Below, piece by piece: positions 1 through 7,528 of a stretch of 34,009 bases of DNA. The notes beneath the pieces were generated by a model. It ran no database searches and was not told the DNA's origin. It saw only the letters and a program-made list of their open reading frames with translations. Position numbers and translations under genes: made by a program. The DNA is from Phycisphaerae bacterium SM23_33 (GTDB taxonomy: Bacteria > Planctomycetota > Phycisphaerae > SM23-33), in NCBI GenBank assembly GCA_001303665.1, contig LJUF01000010.1, positions 1 through 34,009 of the forward strand. The letters run 5' to 3'. Each line of letters opens with the position of its first letter. Within the stretch, counting starts at the first letter, position 1.

Positions 1-2
1 CC

Positions 3-353
3 GACCAAGAGCCGCGCGCGGTCCTGGCCGTCGCCTGCGACATGCCCCTGCTGGGGCCCGAGGCGGTGGAGCTGCTGCTGGAGCAGCGCCGCCCCGGCGG
101 GCTCGCCTCGGCCCTTCGCAACCCCGGGACGGGGCGGCTGGAGCCGCTGGCGGCCATCTATGAGCCCGCCGCACTGGCCGAGATCGAGCGGGCCCTGGAG
201 GCCGCCGCGCTGTCGGCCACGGAGTTGCTGGCAGCGGTCGGCGCCTACCAGATTGAGGTGCCGCCGGAAACCGCCGAGCAGCTGCTCAACGTCAATACGC
301 CCGACGAGCTGGGCGCGCTGCGGGCCCAAATCCGCGACAAGAACTCGCATTAG
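3..353 (+). CDS. mobA: Molybdenum cofactor guanylyltransferase MobA, C-terminal fragment (5' end outside window)
   Basis: The frame is open from the window edge (DQEPRAVLAVACDMPLLGPEAVELL...). The ACDMP motif and the LNVNTPDEL tail look MobA-like. It sits directly upstream of a bis-MGD formate dehydrogenase. Confidence 0.65.
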   Translation, partial: DQEPRAVLAVACDMPLLGPEAVELLLEQRRPGGLASALRNPGTGRLEPLAAIYEPAALAEIERALEAAALSATELLAAVGAYQIEVPPETAEQLLNVNTPDELGALRAQIRDKNSH

Positions 354-366
354 GCTCGCCCCGGCC

Positions 367-398
367 GTTACAATCCGGCCTGCCCAGCCCCATATAAT
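367..398 (+). promoter_or_regulatory. Candidate sigma70-like promoter for the fdh genes (GTTACA-N20-TATAAT)
   Basis: Perfect TATAAT at 393-398 inside an otherwise GC-rich 74-nt intergenic gap. A weak -35-like GTTACA lies at 367-372, but the spacer is over-long. The GTG start at 428 is preceded by AGAGG. Confidence 0.25.
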
Positions 399-427
399 GG
401 TTCGGAGCCCCAGAGGCAGGCAAGCCA

Positions 428-1073
428 GTGGAGAAGAAGCTCGCCAGCAGTGAAACCACAGAGTTATTCGTGCCGACCCCGGCCGTACTCACCGCGGCGC
501 GGATGCTGACGGCCACGGAGCGGCTGCTGACGCTGCGCTGTCAGGACGGCCTGCCCCTCGGGCACGACCCGGGCCAATTCGTGCAGGTCTCCATCTTCGG
601 CCTGGAGGAAGCGCCGATCTCGATCTGCTCGGCCGGCCGGGCGGACGCGACGTTTGAGTTGTGCGTGCGGCGGATGGGCCGGGTCACAGGGGCCCTGCAC
701 GAGCTGAAGCCGGGCCAGGAGGTGGGCGTACGCGGCCCGTTCGGGCACGGCTTTCCGGCCGAAGAGCTCGCCGGCAAGGACCTGGTGCTCGTGGCCGGCG
801 GCATCGGGCTGGCCCCCCTGCGATCGCTGATCCAGCACTGCCTGGCCCATCGCGGGCGGTTCGGCCGGCTGACGCTGCTGCACGGGGCGAAGCAGCCGGC
901 CGAGTTGCTGTTCCGCGAGGAGCTGCCGCAGTGGCGGCGTCCTCAGCCTGGAACGCCACATGCGCTGCGGGGTGGGCAAGTGCGGGCACTGCATGATTGA
1001 CGACCTGTACTGCTGCCGGGACGGGCCGGTGTTCAGGCTGTCGGACCTGGCCAGCGTGAGGGGGGCGTTCTGA
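428..1073 (+). pseudogene. FAD/NAD(P)-binding, [2Fe-2S] oxidoreductase subunit (AsrB / sulfhydrogenase gamma HydG-like) with an internal deletion and frameshift
   Basis: The frame from 428 encodes the FAD-binding barrel (PGQFVQVSIF...RGPFGHGF) and the start of the NAD-binding fold (LVLVAGGIGLAPLRSL...LLFREELPQW). It then degenerates. The C-terminal cluster motif GGVLSLERHMRCGVGKCGHCMIDDLYCCRDGPVF is intact, but in a different frame (about 933-1073), ending in a TGATG overlap with fdhA. Only ~215 codon equivalents are present, versus the ~270-290 aa I recall for this family. Confidence 0.6.
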
Positions 1074-3109
1074 TGGCCGGCGTGCTGACAACGTGCCCGT
1101 ATTGCGGCTGCGGCTGCAACATGGAGCTTCAGGTGGCCGGCGGGCGGGTGGTGGGCACCTCGCCGGTCGGCGGGCATCCCGTGGCGCAGGGCTCGCTGTG
1201 CGTGAAGGGCTGGAACGCCCACGAGTTCGTGCACTCGCCGGATCGGCTCACCGGGCCGCTTCTTCGCCGCGACGGCCGGCTCGCGCCGGTGAGCTGGGAG
1301 GAGGCCATGGACTTCGCCGCCGGCGGGCTCAAGCGGATCGCCGCTGAGCACGGCCCGGACGCCCTGGCCTTCTTCAGCTCGGCCAAGTGCACCAATGAGG
1401 AAAACTTCCTCATGATGAAGCTGGCCCGGGCGGCCTTCCGGACCAACAACGTGGACCACTGCGCCAGGCTGTGCCACGCCTCCAGCGTGGTGGGACTGGC
1501 CGAGACCTTCGGCTCCGGGGCGATGACCAACTCCATCGAGGAGCTGGCCCAGGCCGACTGCATCTTCGTCATCGGCTCCAACACCACCGAGCAACATCCC
1601 CAGGTGGCGGCCCGCATCCTGGAGTCGGTCCGCCGCGGGGGGGCGCTGATTGTGGCCGACCCGCGCTCGATCCGGCTGACGCGCTTCGCCAAGGTTCACC
1701 TGCGCCACCGGCCGGGCTCCGACGTGGCCCTGGTCAACTCCATGATGCACGTCATCCTCGCGGAGAAGCTGGAGAATCGGGAGTTCATCTCGGCCCGCAC
1801 GGAGAATTTCGAGGCGCTGGCGCGGACGGTGCGGGCGTATCCGCCCCGGCGGGGCGAGGCCATCAGCGGCGTGCCGGCTGACTTGATCGCCCAGGCGGCC
1901 CGGACGTACGCCCGGGCCAAAGCCGCCGCCATCGTGTACTCCATGGGCATCACCCAGCACGTCACCGGGGTGGACAACGTCCGCTCGCTGGCCAACCTGG
2001 CGATGCTGACCGGCAACGTCGGCCGGCCCAGCACCGGCGTGAACCCCTTACGCGGACAGAACAACGTCCAGGGGGCCTGCGACGTGGGGGCGCTGGCCAA
2101 CGTCTACAGCGGCTACCAGAGTGTCACCGACCCGGCCGCCCGGCAGAAGTTCGCCCGGGCCTGGGGCACCGATGAGCTGCCCGGCCAGGTGGGCCTGACG
2201 GTGGTGGAGGCCATCAACGCCGCGGCCGACGGCCGCGTCAAGGCCATGTACATCATGGGAGAAAACCCCATGATGTCCGACCCGGACATTCGCAAGGCCG
2301 AAAAGGGCCTGCGGAGCCTGGAGCTGCTGATCGTTCAGGACATCTTTCTGACGGAGACGGCGCGGCTGGCGGACGTGGTGCTGGCGGGGGCGAGCTTCGC
2401 CGAGAAGGACGGCACCTTCACCAACACCGAGCGGCGGGTGCAGCGGGTCCGCAAGGCCATCGAGCCCGTCGGCCAGGCCCGGGCGGACTGGGAGATCCTC
2501 TGCGACTTCGCCCGGCGGGTCGGCTGCGAGCAGATGAGCTACGCCGGCCCGGAGGACGTCTTCAACGAGCTGGCCGAGCTGACGCCCAGCTACCACGGCA
2601 TGAGCTATGCCCGGCTGGAGCCGTGGGGGCTGCTGTGGCCCTGCCCCGAGCCGGGCCACCCCGGCACGCCCTACCTGCACCAGGGCACCTTCGCCCGCGG
2701 CAAGGGCCACTTCTCCCCGGCCGAGCACCGCCCGCCCGATGAGATCCCCGACGAGCACTACGACCTGATCCTGACCACCGGGCGGATCTACTTCCACTGG
2801 CACACCGGCTCCATGACGCGGCGGACCAACCCGCTGAACCGCGAGTCGCCGGAGGCGTTCGTGGAGATCAGCCCGGAGGACGCCGCCGCCCGCGGCATCC
2901 GCCCCGGCGGCCGGGCCCGCGTGTCCACCCGGCGAGGGGCCATCGAGCTGACCGCCCGGGTGACCGAGGACGTGGCCCCCGGGGTGCTGTTCATCCCCTT
3001 CCACTTTCACGAGGCGGCGGCCAACCTGCTGACCAATCCGGCCCTGGACCCGGAGGCCAAGATCCCCGAGTACAAGGCCTGCGCCGCCCGGGTGGAGGCC
3101 TGCCCGTGA
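1073..3109 (+). CDS. fdhA: Formate dehydrogenase catalytic subunit, molybdopterin (bis-MGD) family, cysteine type
   Basis: 678 aa. N-terminal [4Fe-4S] motif CPYCGCGCN. The active-site region NNVDHCARLCHASSV has Cys where Sec-type enzymes have U, and there is no in-frame TGA. Molybdopterin oxidoreductase and C-terminal MopB-binding regions are present (RGIRPGGRARVSTRRG...FIPFHF). Confidence 0.93.
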   Translation: MAGVLTTCPYCGCGCNMELQVAGGRVVGTSPVGGHPVAQGSLCVKGWNAHEFVHSPDRLTGPLLRRDGRLAPVSWEEAMDFAAGGLKRIAAEHGPDALAFFSSAKCTNEENFLMMKLARAAFRTNNVDHCARLCHASSVVGLAETFGSGAMTNSIEELAQADCIFVIGSNTTEQHPQVAARILESVRRGGALIVADPRSIRLTRFAKVHLRHRPGSDVALVNSMMHVILAEKLENREFISARTENFEALARTVRAYPPRRGEAISGVPADLIAQAARTYARAKAAAIVYSMGITQHVTGVDNVRSLANLAMLTGNVGRPSTGVNPLRGQNNVQGACDVGALANVYSGYQSVTDPAARQKFARAWGTDELPGQVGLTVVEAINAAADGRVKAMYIMGENPMMSDPDIRKAEKGLRSLELLIVQDIFLTETARLADVVLAGASFAEKDGTFTNTERRVQRVRKAIEPVGQARADWEILCDFARRVGCEQMSYAGPEDVFNELAELTPSYHGMSYARLEPWGLLWPCPEPGHPGTPYLHQGTFARGKGHFSPAEHRPPDEIPDEHYDLILTTGRIYFHWHTGSMTRRTNPLNRESPEAFVEISPEDAAARGIRPGGRARVSTRRGAIELTARVTEDVAPGVLFIPFHFHEAAANLLTNPALDPEAKIPEYKACAARVEACP

Positions 3110-4131
3110 TCAAGGCGATCGCCACCAACTCGATCGACGGCTGGCTGAAGCGGCTCAGCGCGCAGGCGGTCGTGTTCGTGCCGCAGCGGCGCACTGGCGG
3201 AGACGTGGTGCTGGAGCCGATGCAGCCCGGCCGGCGGGCCGCCCATTACCGCCGGCTGGCCGAATCGCCCAAGCGGATCCTGCTGCCGCAGGTAGACGAG
3301 CTGGTGCGGTTCGAGGCCAACCGCGGCCGGCCCGTGCTGGATGAGACACAGCGCATCCTTTTCGGCCTGCGGCCGTGCGACGCCGCCGCCGTGGCCATCC
3401 TGGATGAGTTCTTCAGCCGGGACTTCGCCGACCCCAACTACCTGGCCCGCCGAAGGCACATGCGTCTGATCGTGGCCGCCTGCCCGGAGTCGGCGGAGTC
3501 GTGCTTCTGCCTGTCGGCCGGCACCGGACCCGTCGCCGCGGACGGGTTCGACGTGCAGCTTTTCGATCTGGGCGAGATCCACCTGGCCGCGGCCGGCACG
3601 GAAGAGGGCAAGGCCCTGATGGCCCGCGGGGGCGAGCTATTCGGCGACCCGCCGCCCGACGCCCAGCAGCAGCTGGCCGAGTTCAGGCGGAAGTCCGAGG
3701 CCGCCCAGCAGACCCATCTGGACCTGGACCGGGTCCGGAAGATCATCCGCGACCGGGCCGAGCCGGCCCATTTCTGGGAAGGGGTGGCCGACCGCTGCCT
3801 GATGTGCGGCGGCTGCGCCTACCTGTGCCCGACGTGCACCTGCTACGACGTCGCCGACCAGCCGACCGGCCCCGGCCAGGGCGTCCGTCGGCGGCTGTGG
3901 GATACCTGCGTGCTGGGGGGCTTCACCCGCGAGGCCAGCGGGCACAACCCGCGCGAGCCGCAGTCCCTCCGCTGCGCCCATCGCTACCTGCACAAGCTGG
4001 GCGGGTCGGACTCCTCCGAAAGGCCTTTCCGGTGCGTCGGCTGCGGGCGCTGCGCCGATACCTGCATCACCCGCTTGGGGATGATCCGCGTGGTGACCGA
4101 GCTGCTCGAAGGGGTCGCCGGGAGCAAGTAG
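3106..4131 (+). CDS. 4Fe-4S dicluster subunit, AsrA / sulfhydrogenase beta HydB-like (putative FDH electron-transfer subunit)
   Basis: 341 aa. GTGA overlap with the fdhA stop. Cluster motifs CLMCGGCAYLCPTCTCYD and CVGCGRCADTCI. The overall layout resembles the beta subunits that pair with AsrB/HydG-like proteins. Confidence 0.78.
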   Translation: MIKAIATNSIDGWLKRLSAQAVVFVPQRRTGGDVVLEPMQPGRRAAHYRRLAESPKRILLPQVDELVRFEANRGRPVLDETQRILFGLRPCDAAAVAILDEFFSRDFADPNYLARRRHMRLIVAACPESAESCFCLSAGTGPVAADGFDVQLFDLGEIHLAAAGTEEGKALMARGGELFGDPPPDAQQQLAEFRRKSEAAQQTHLDLDRVRKIIRDRAEPAHFWEGVADRCLMCGGCAYLCPTCTCYDVADQPTGPGQGVRRRLWDTCVLGGFTREASGHNPREPQSLRCAHRYLHKLGGSDSSERPFRCVGCGRCADTCITRLGMIRVVTELLEGVAGSK

Positions 4132-4142
4132 CCCGGCCGCGG

Positions 4143-5234
4143 CTACTCGCGCAGGCCTTCCACGATCCCGTCCACGTCCACGTACTCGTTGACCAGGCAC
4201 ATGGCCGCGCCGATGCGCTCCTTGTCCTCCGGGGTAATCTTGAAGGTCACCTCCCGCAGCCTGGCCGCCAGGGTGTAGGTGTCCTCCCGGCACAGGATCG
4301 CCGGCAGGCCGGAATCCCCCATCAGGCTCATCACTATCCCCCCCGGCCGGAAGCCGCCGGTCAGCACGACCCCCGACACCGGCGGCGGCGAGGCCGCCGC
4401 CAGGGTGTGCGTGCTGATCACGGCCAGGAGGTTGTCGCTGCGGTCACCGGGGGTGATCACCAGGGCCCGGTCCTTCAGGTAGGAGACCATGTGGTGGGCC
4501 TCCATGGCGGCGACGATGGTATTGCCGACGCGGTTGCCCAGGGCCTTGTTCCCGCACAGGACCTCCCCGTTGAGCTTCTGGGCGACCTGCCCGACGGTGG
4601 GCGAGGCTAGCGTCTCTTCAAAGGGCACGGTGCCGAAACAGCGGATGCCCAGGTTGTCCAGGCCCTTGGTGGTGGCCTCCCGGACGCGGCGGTACTTCTC
4701 CGGCCAGACCTTGTTCACCACCGCCCCCAGCAGGTCGGCCCCGCGCGCGTTCAGGAAGGTCGCGCACAGGGAGATGTCGTCGATGGCCCGGCCGATGCCG
4801 CCGCCGCTGATCAACAGGGCCTGGGCCCCCAGGATGCGCGACACGTCCGCCGCCGACAGCATGATGCAGGACCCCATGGCCACGTGGCCCATGCCCTCGA
4901 CAATGACCACGTCGTGCTCCAGCCGCAGCCGCCGGCACACCTCCGCCACCTTCCCCGCCAGCTCCGGCACGTTCAGGTCGTAGATCTCCCGCTCGACCCG
5001 CCCGCGGGTCAGCGCCACGGCCATGGAGGCCGACTGGGGGTCCATGCTCATCGCCTGGGAAACCACCAGGGCGTCGTCGTGGACCGGCTGCCCGGCCACG
5101 GAGCTGACCCTCTGGCCCAGCGGCTTGGTGTAGCCGACGCTGAAGCCGCGATCTCGCAGGGCGCTGATCAGGCCGATGCAGAACGTGGTCTTGCCGACGT
5201 CGCGCTGGGTGCCCACGATGTACAGAGGTCTCAC
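4143..5234 (-). CDS. Stand-alone phosphotransacetylase N-terminal-like protein (BioD/CobQ-like P-loop domain plus DRTGG domain)
   Basis: 363 aa. N-terminal Walker-A-like GTQRDVGKTT. The central and C-terminal part has LVITPGDRSD...VLTGG, typical of the DRTGG domain. No catalytic PTA_PTB domain is present. It is the last gene of the minus-strand acs operon. Confidence 0.72.
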   Translation of the reverse strand: MRPLYIVGTQRDVGKTTFCIGLISALRDRGFSVGYTKPLGQRVSSVAGQPVHDDALVVSQAMSMDPQSASMAVALTRGRVEREIYDLNVPELAGKVAEVCRRLRLEHDVVIVEGMGHVAMGSCIMLSAADVSRILGAQALLISGGGIGRAIDDISLCATFLNARGADLLGAVVNKVWPEKYRRVREATTKGLDNLGIRCFGTVPFEETLASPTVGQVAQKLNGEVLCGNKALGNRVGNTIVAAMEAHHMVSYLKDRALVITPGDRSDNLLAVISTHTLAAASPPPVSGVVLTGGFRPGGIVMSLMGDSGLPAILCREDTYTLAARLREVTFKITPEDKERIGAAMCLVNEYVDVDGIVEGLRE

Positions 5235-5261
5235 GTTTTCGGTCTCGCCTCCCCGCGAAGT

Positions 5262-5906
5262 TCAGAACCGCCCTCCCCCCCAACGGGATACCAGCCGCTC
5301 CGACAGAACCACGATATCCTCCGGGCAGAAGAACGACTCGATGTTGGCCGGCAGCAGCAGCACGGCCGAGGGCTCCAGCTCCTGATCGCCGCCGTACCAC
5401 ACCAGCCGCAGCCGCACCCGCGGATACACGCGGAAATCAAAGGCCGCGTCGCCCTCCGGTGCCGCCCGCCCGCCCAGTGCCTCCGCCGCCGCGCGGAGCG
5501 CCCGCCCGTCCCGGCCGACCGTCCGGCACAGCCGCTCGATGACGCGCCGCCGATACACGGGGGCGTAGGCCCTTCCGGCGGGCAGGTCGGCGAAGCTCAC
5601 GGCGGGGGCCTGCGGTGAGGGGCGCTCGGCCACGGCGAGGTAGTGCAGCGTCAGGATCCGCCACGCGGCGGCGGTCGGCCGGCCGGCGGAGGTTCGCACC
5701 GTCCCGCCGTCCAGCTCGACGCTGAGGAGGTCATCGAGGACGGGCACGACCCAATGCTGGCTGGCCCGGCGGGCGCCAAGCCATTCCAACTGCTGCGGTG
5801 GCTGCCGGCAGACCCGGATCAGAGCCTGGGCGGCGGCGTCCTCCAGGTTGTGCTGGGGGGGCGGGACGGCCGACCGGCCCGCAGATTCACGCCGGCTGTC
5901 CGCCAC
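5262..5906 (-). CDS. DUF3786-family protein (uncharacterised family I recall as often linked to corrinoid/acs clusters)
   Basis: 214-aa ORF with a GTG start. Length and sequence (WRILTLHYL..., FADLPAGRAYAPVYRRRVIERL..., FCPEDIVVLSE) fit my recollection of DUF3786. It lies in the same strand and operon as acsE. The start codon is uncertain. Confidence 0.5.
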   Translation of the reverse strand: MADSRRESAGRSAVPPPQHNLEDAAAQALIRVCRQPPQQLEWLGARRASQHWVVPVLDDLLSVELDGGTVRTSAGRPTAAAWRILTLHYLAVAERPSPQAPAVSFADLPAGRAYAPVYRRRVIERLCRTVGRDGRALRAAAEALGGRAAPEGDAAFDFRVYPRVRLRLVWYGGDQELEPSAVLLLPANIESFFCPEDIVVLSERLVSRWGGGRF

Positions 5907-6210
5907 TGGATTTTCTCCTCAGGCGCTGCCGGATGCTCTCCAGGCAGCGCTTGGCGCGGGGGTCGTTCTTGATCCGGGCCAACCGGCGCTGAAGCTCGCG
6001 GACGTCAATCGCCTCGCCCAGGCACACCGCCGCCGCCGGGCACCACTCGGCGCAGCGGGGAAGCAACTCCCGCAGCAGCAACCGCCCGCACCGGCATCGC
6101 CGCTTCGCCTCATCGGTGAAGAACTCCACCACCCGCCCGCAGGCCGGACACGGCACCAGCACGCTGTCCAGGTTCCGCGGCGTCGTCTGCCCTGGGCACT
6201 TGTTCATCAT
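5887..6210 (-). CDS. Small cysteine-rich (zinc-ribbon-like) hypothetical protein
   Basis: 107 aa with 8 Cys in pairs (C5, CPAC at 21-24, CRC at 39-41, CAEWC at 54-58, C63). ATGATG start 9 nt after the acsE stop. The 3' end overlaps the DUF3786 ORF by 20 nt. I recognise no family. Confidence 0.45.
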   Translation of the reverse strand: MMNKCPGQTTPRNLDSVLVPCPACGRVVEFFTDEAKRRCRCGRLLLRELLPRCAEWCPAAAVCLGEAIDVRELQRRLARIKNDPRAKRCLESIRQRLRRKSSGGQPA

Positions 6211-6219
6211 GACACTTCA

Positions 6220-7020
6220 TCATACGCCGGGCTGTCCCTGCCGGGCGGCTTCCAGGTACGAGTCGCAGTAGATCATCTTCTCCAGCAGCAGCTCGGCCGT
6301 GATGGCCGCGTCCATCAGCTCGGTATCCAGCGGGTCCATGATGGCCGCGTCCATCCCCTGGGCCATGGCCATCGCCAGGTACGTGCGGTTGATCAACTCC
6401 CGGTTCCGGCAGCGCTGGGAGACGTTGGACAGCCCCAGCATCAGGTGCGGCGGCGGGTCGGCGAAGGCCTTGATCTGGGCGATGGCCTGCATGCAGTGGA
6501 GCGGATTCTTGGGGGACACGTTCACCGGCAGGATGATGGGGTCGATGAACAGCCTCTCCAGCTCCAGACCGCCCTCCATGGCCACGGTGATGAGCTGGGC
6601 GCCCAACTCCACGCGCCCCTCCACGTTGCCGGGCACGCCCTGGGCGTCGATGGTCAGCCCGATCAGCGACGCCCCCTGCTCCACGGCCAGGCCCACGTAC
6701 TGGGAGGCGATCTCCGGGTCGGCCTTGCTGGAGTTAAGGATCTTCTTCCCCGGCACCTGGGGGATGACGGCGGACATGACGTTCCACTTGGCCGTGTCGA
6801 TGGCCACCGCCGCGTCGGTGACCGAGCGGATCACCTCCACCAGCCACAGCATCCCGCCCTTGTCATCGCGGACGGCCGGGCCGACGTTCACGTCCAGGGC
6901 GCTGGCGCCGGCCTGCATCTGCCGCCTGGCGAGGTCCTTGATGACCTCTGCGTTCTTCTCGCGAAGGGCCTGCTTCACGTCCGTGAACATCCCATTGATG
7001 CGCTCGCCGATGACGTACAC
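6220..7020 (-). CDS. acsE: Methyltetrahydrofolate:corrinoid/iron-sulfur protein Co-methyltransferase
   Basis: Pterin-binding fold with an N-terminus VYVIGERINGMF like Moorella MeTr. The GTG at 7020 is preceded by GGGAGAA, giving 266 aa. The longest ORF extends to a TTG at 7068, but that extension runs into the AT-rich repeat tract. Confidence 0.92.
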   Translation of the reverse strand: MYVIGERINGMFTDVKQALREKNAEVIKDLARRQMQAGASALDVNVGPAVRDDKGGMLWLVEVIRSVTDAAVAIDTAKWNVMSAVIPQVPGKKILNSSKADPEIASQYVGLAVEQGASLIGLTIDAQGVPGNVEGRVELGAQLITVAMEGGLELERLFIDPIILPVNVSPKNPLHCMQAIAQIKAFADPPPHLMLGLSNVSQRCRNRELINRTYLAMAMAQGMDAAIMDPLDTELMDAAITAELLLEKMIYCDSYLEAARQGQPGV

Positions 7021-7071
7021 GCTGTTTCTCCCGTTCCTTAGAACGTCCGGGTCACATGAAAATCCCAATAT

Positions 7072-7087
7072 CGAAATCCGAAATCCT
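7072..7087. repeat. Left arm of a perfect 16-nt inverted repeat (CGAAATCCGAAATCCT) within a GAAATCC-rich tract (7058-7110)
   Basis: It is the exact reverse complement of 7510-7525. A further partial copy AAATCCGAAAT lies at 7099-7109. The tract is visibly AT-richer than its flanks. Confidence 0.85.
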
Positions 7088-7131
7088 AAACAAACTCCAA
7101 ATCCGAAATGCCAAATGTCTCAAACGTCGCG

Positions 7132-7497
7132 TCACTGTGACTTCTGCAGTATGGATGCGAATATCTTCGTCAACTCCAAAGCCTCCTGTACCAGGGGCGT
7201 TCGCTGATCTTCCAGATCCTGGTCCTCACGGGTGTCCATCAGCCTGAGCCAATACTGGCTTTCCTTGGCCTCCTTGCGGCAGATCTTGATGCGCATCACG
7301 AAGTCTTTCTTACTCAGGGCTTCGTTCGCCTCAATATAGTTCGAACCGACCGAGCCGCAGGCCCTGACAACCTGTCTTCCGTCCTCGATGTTCGCGAGGG
7401 TCTTCGGGAGCTTCCCCACAAAGGCTCGAACGGCCTTGGCAAACTTAAAGGTCCGATCTTCCAGGTCGTACCGTTTTGGGGTTTGAGTTTGTGTCAT
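7132..7497 (-). CDS. Four-helix-bundle protein (23S rRNA intervening-sequence protein family)
   Basis: 121 aa. FKFAKAVRAFVGKLPK...SVGSNYIEANEALSKKDF...I CRKEAKESQYWLRL is the characteristic signature of this family. GC content is lower than in the neighbouring genes. It is inserted between acsD and acsE. Confidence 0.9.
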   Translation of the reverse strand: MTQTQTPKRYDLEDRTFKFAKAVRAFVGKLPKTLANIEDGRQVVRACGSVGSNYIEANEALSKKDFVMRIKICRKEAKESQYWLRLMDTREDQDLEDQRTPLVQEALELTKIFASILQKSQ

Positions 7498-7509
7498 TCG
7501 GTCTTGTTC

Positions 7510-7525
7510 AGGATTTCGGATTTCG
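7510..7525. repeat. Right arm of the perfect 16-nt inverted repeat (AGGATTTCGGATTTCG); the GGATTTC-rich tract spans 7510-7537
   Basis: It is the reverse complement of 7072-7087. It lies between the acsD stop (7529) and the four-helix-bundle start (7497), partly overlapping the acsD 3' end. Confidence 0.85.
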
Positions 7526-7528
7526 GGA

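Noticed and set aside
1430-1500. Possible selenocysteine (in-frame TGA) in the formate dehydrogenase active site.
   Set aside because: The ORF is uninterrupted and the active-site position reads HCARLCHASS with Cys. There is no in-frame TGA, so no SECIS element is needed.
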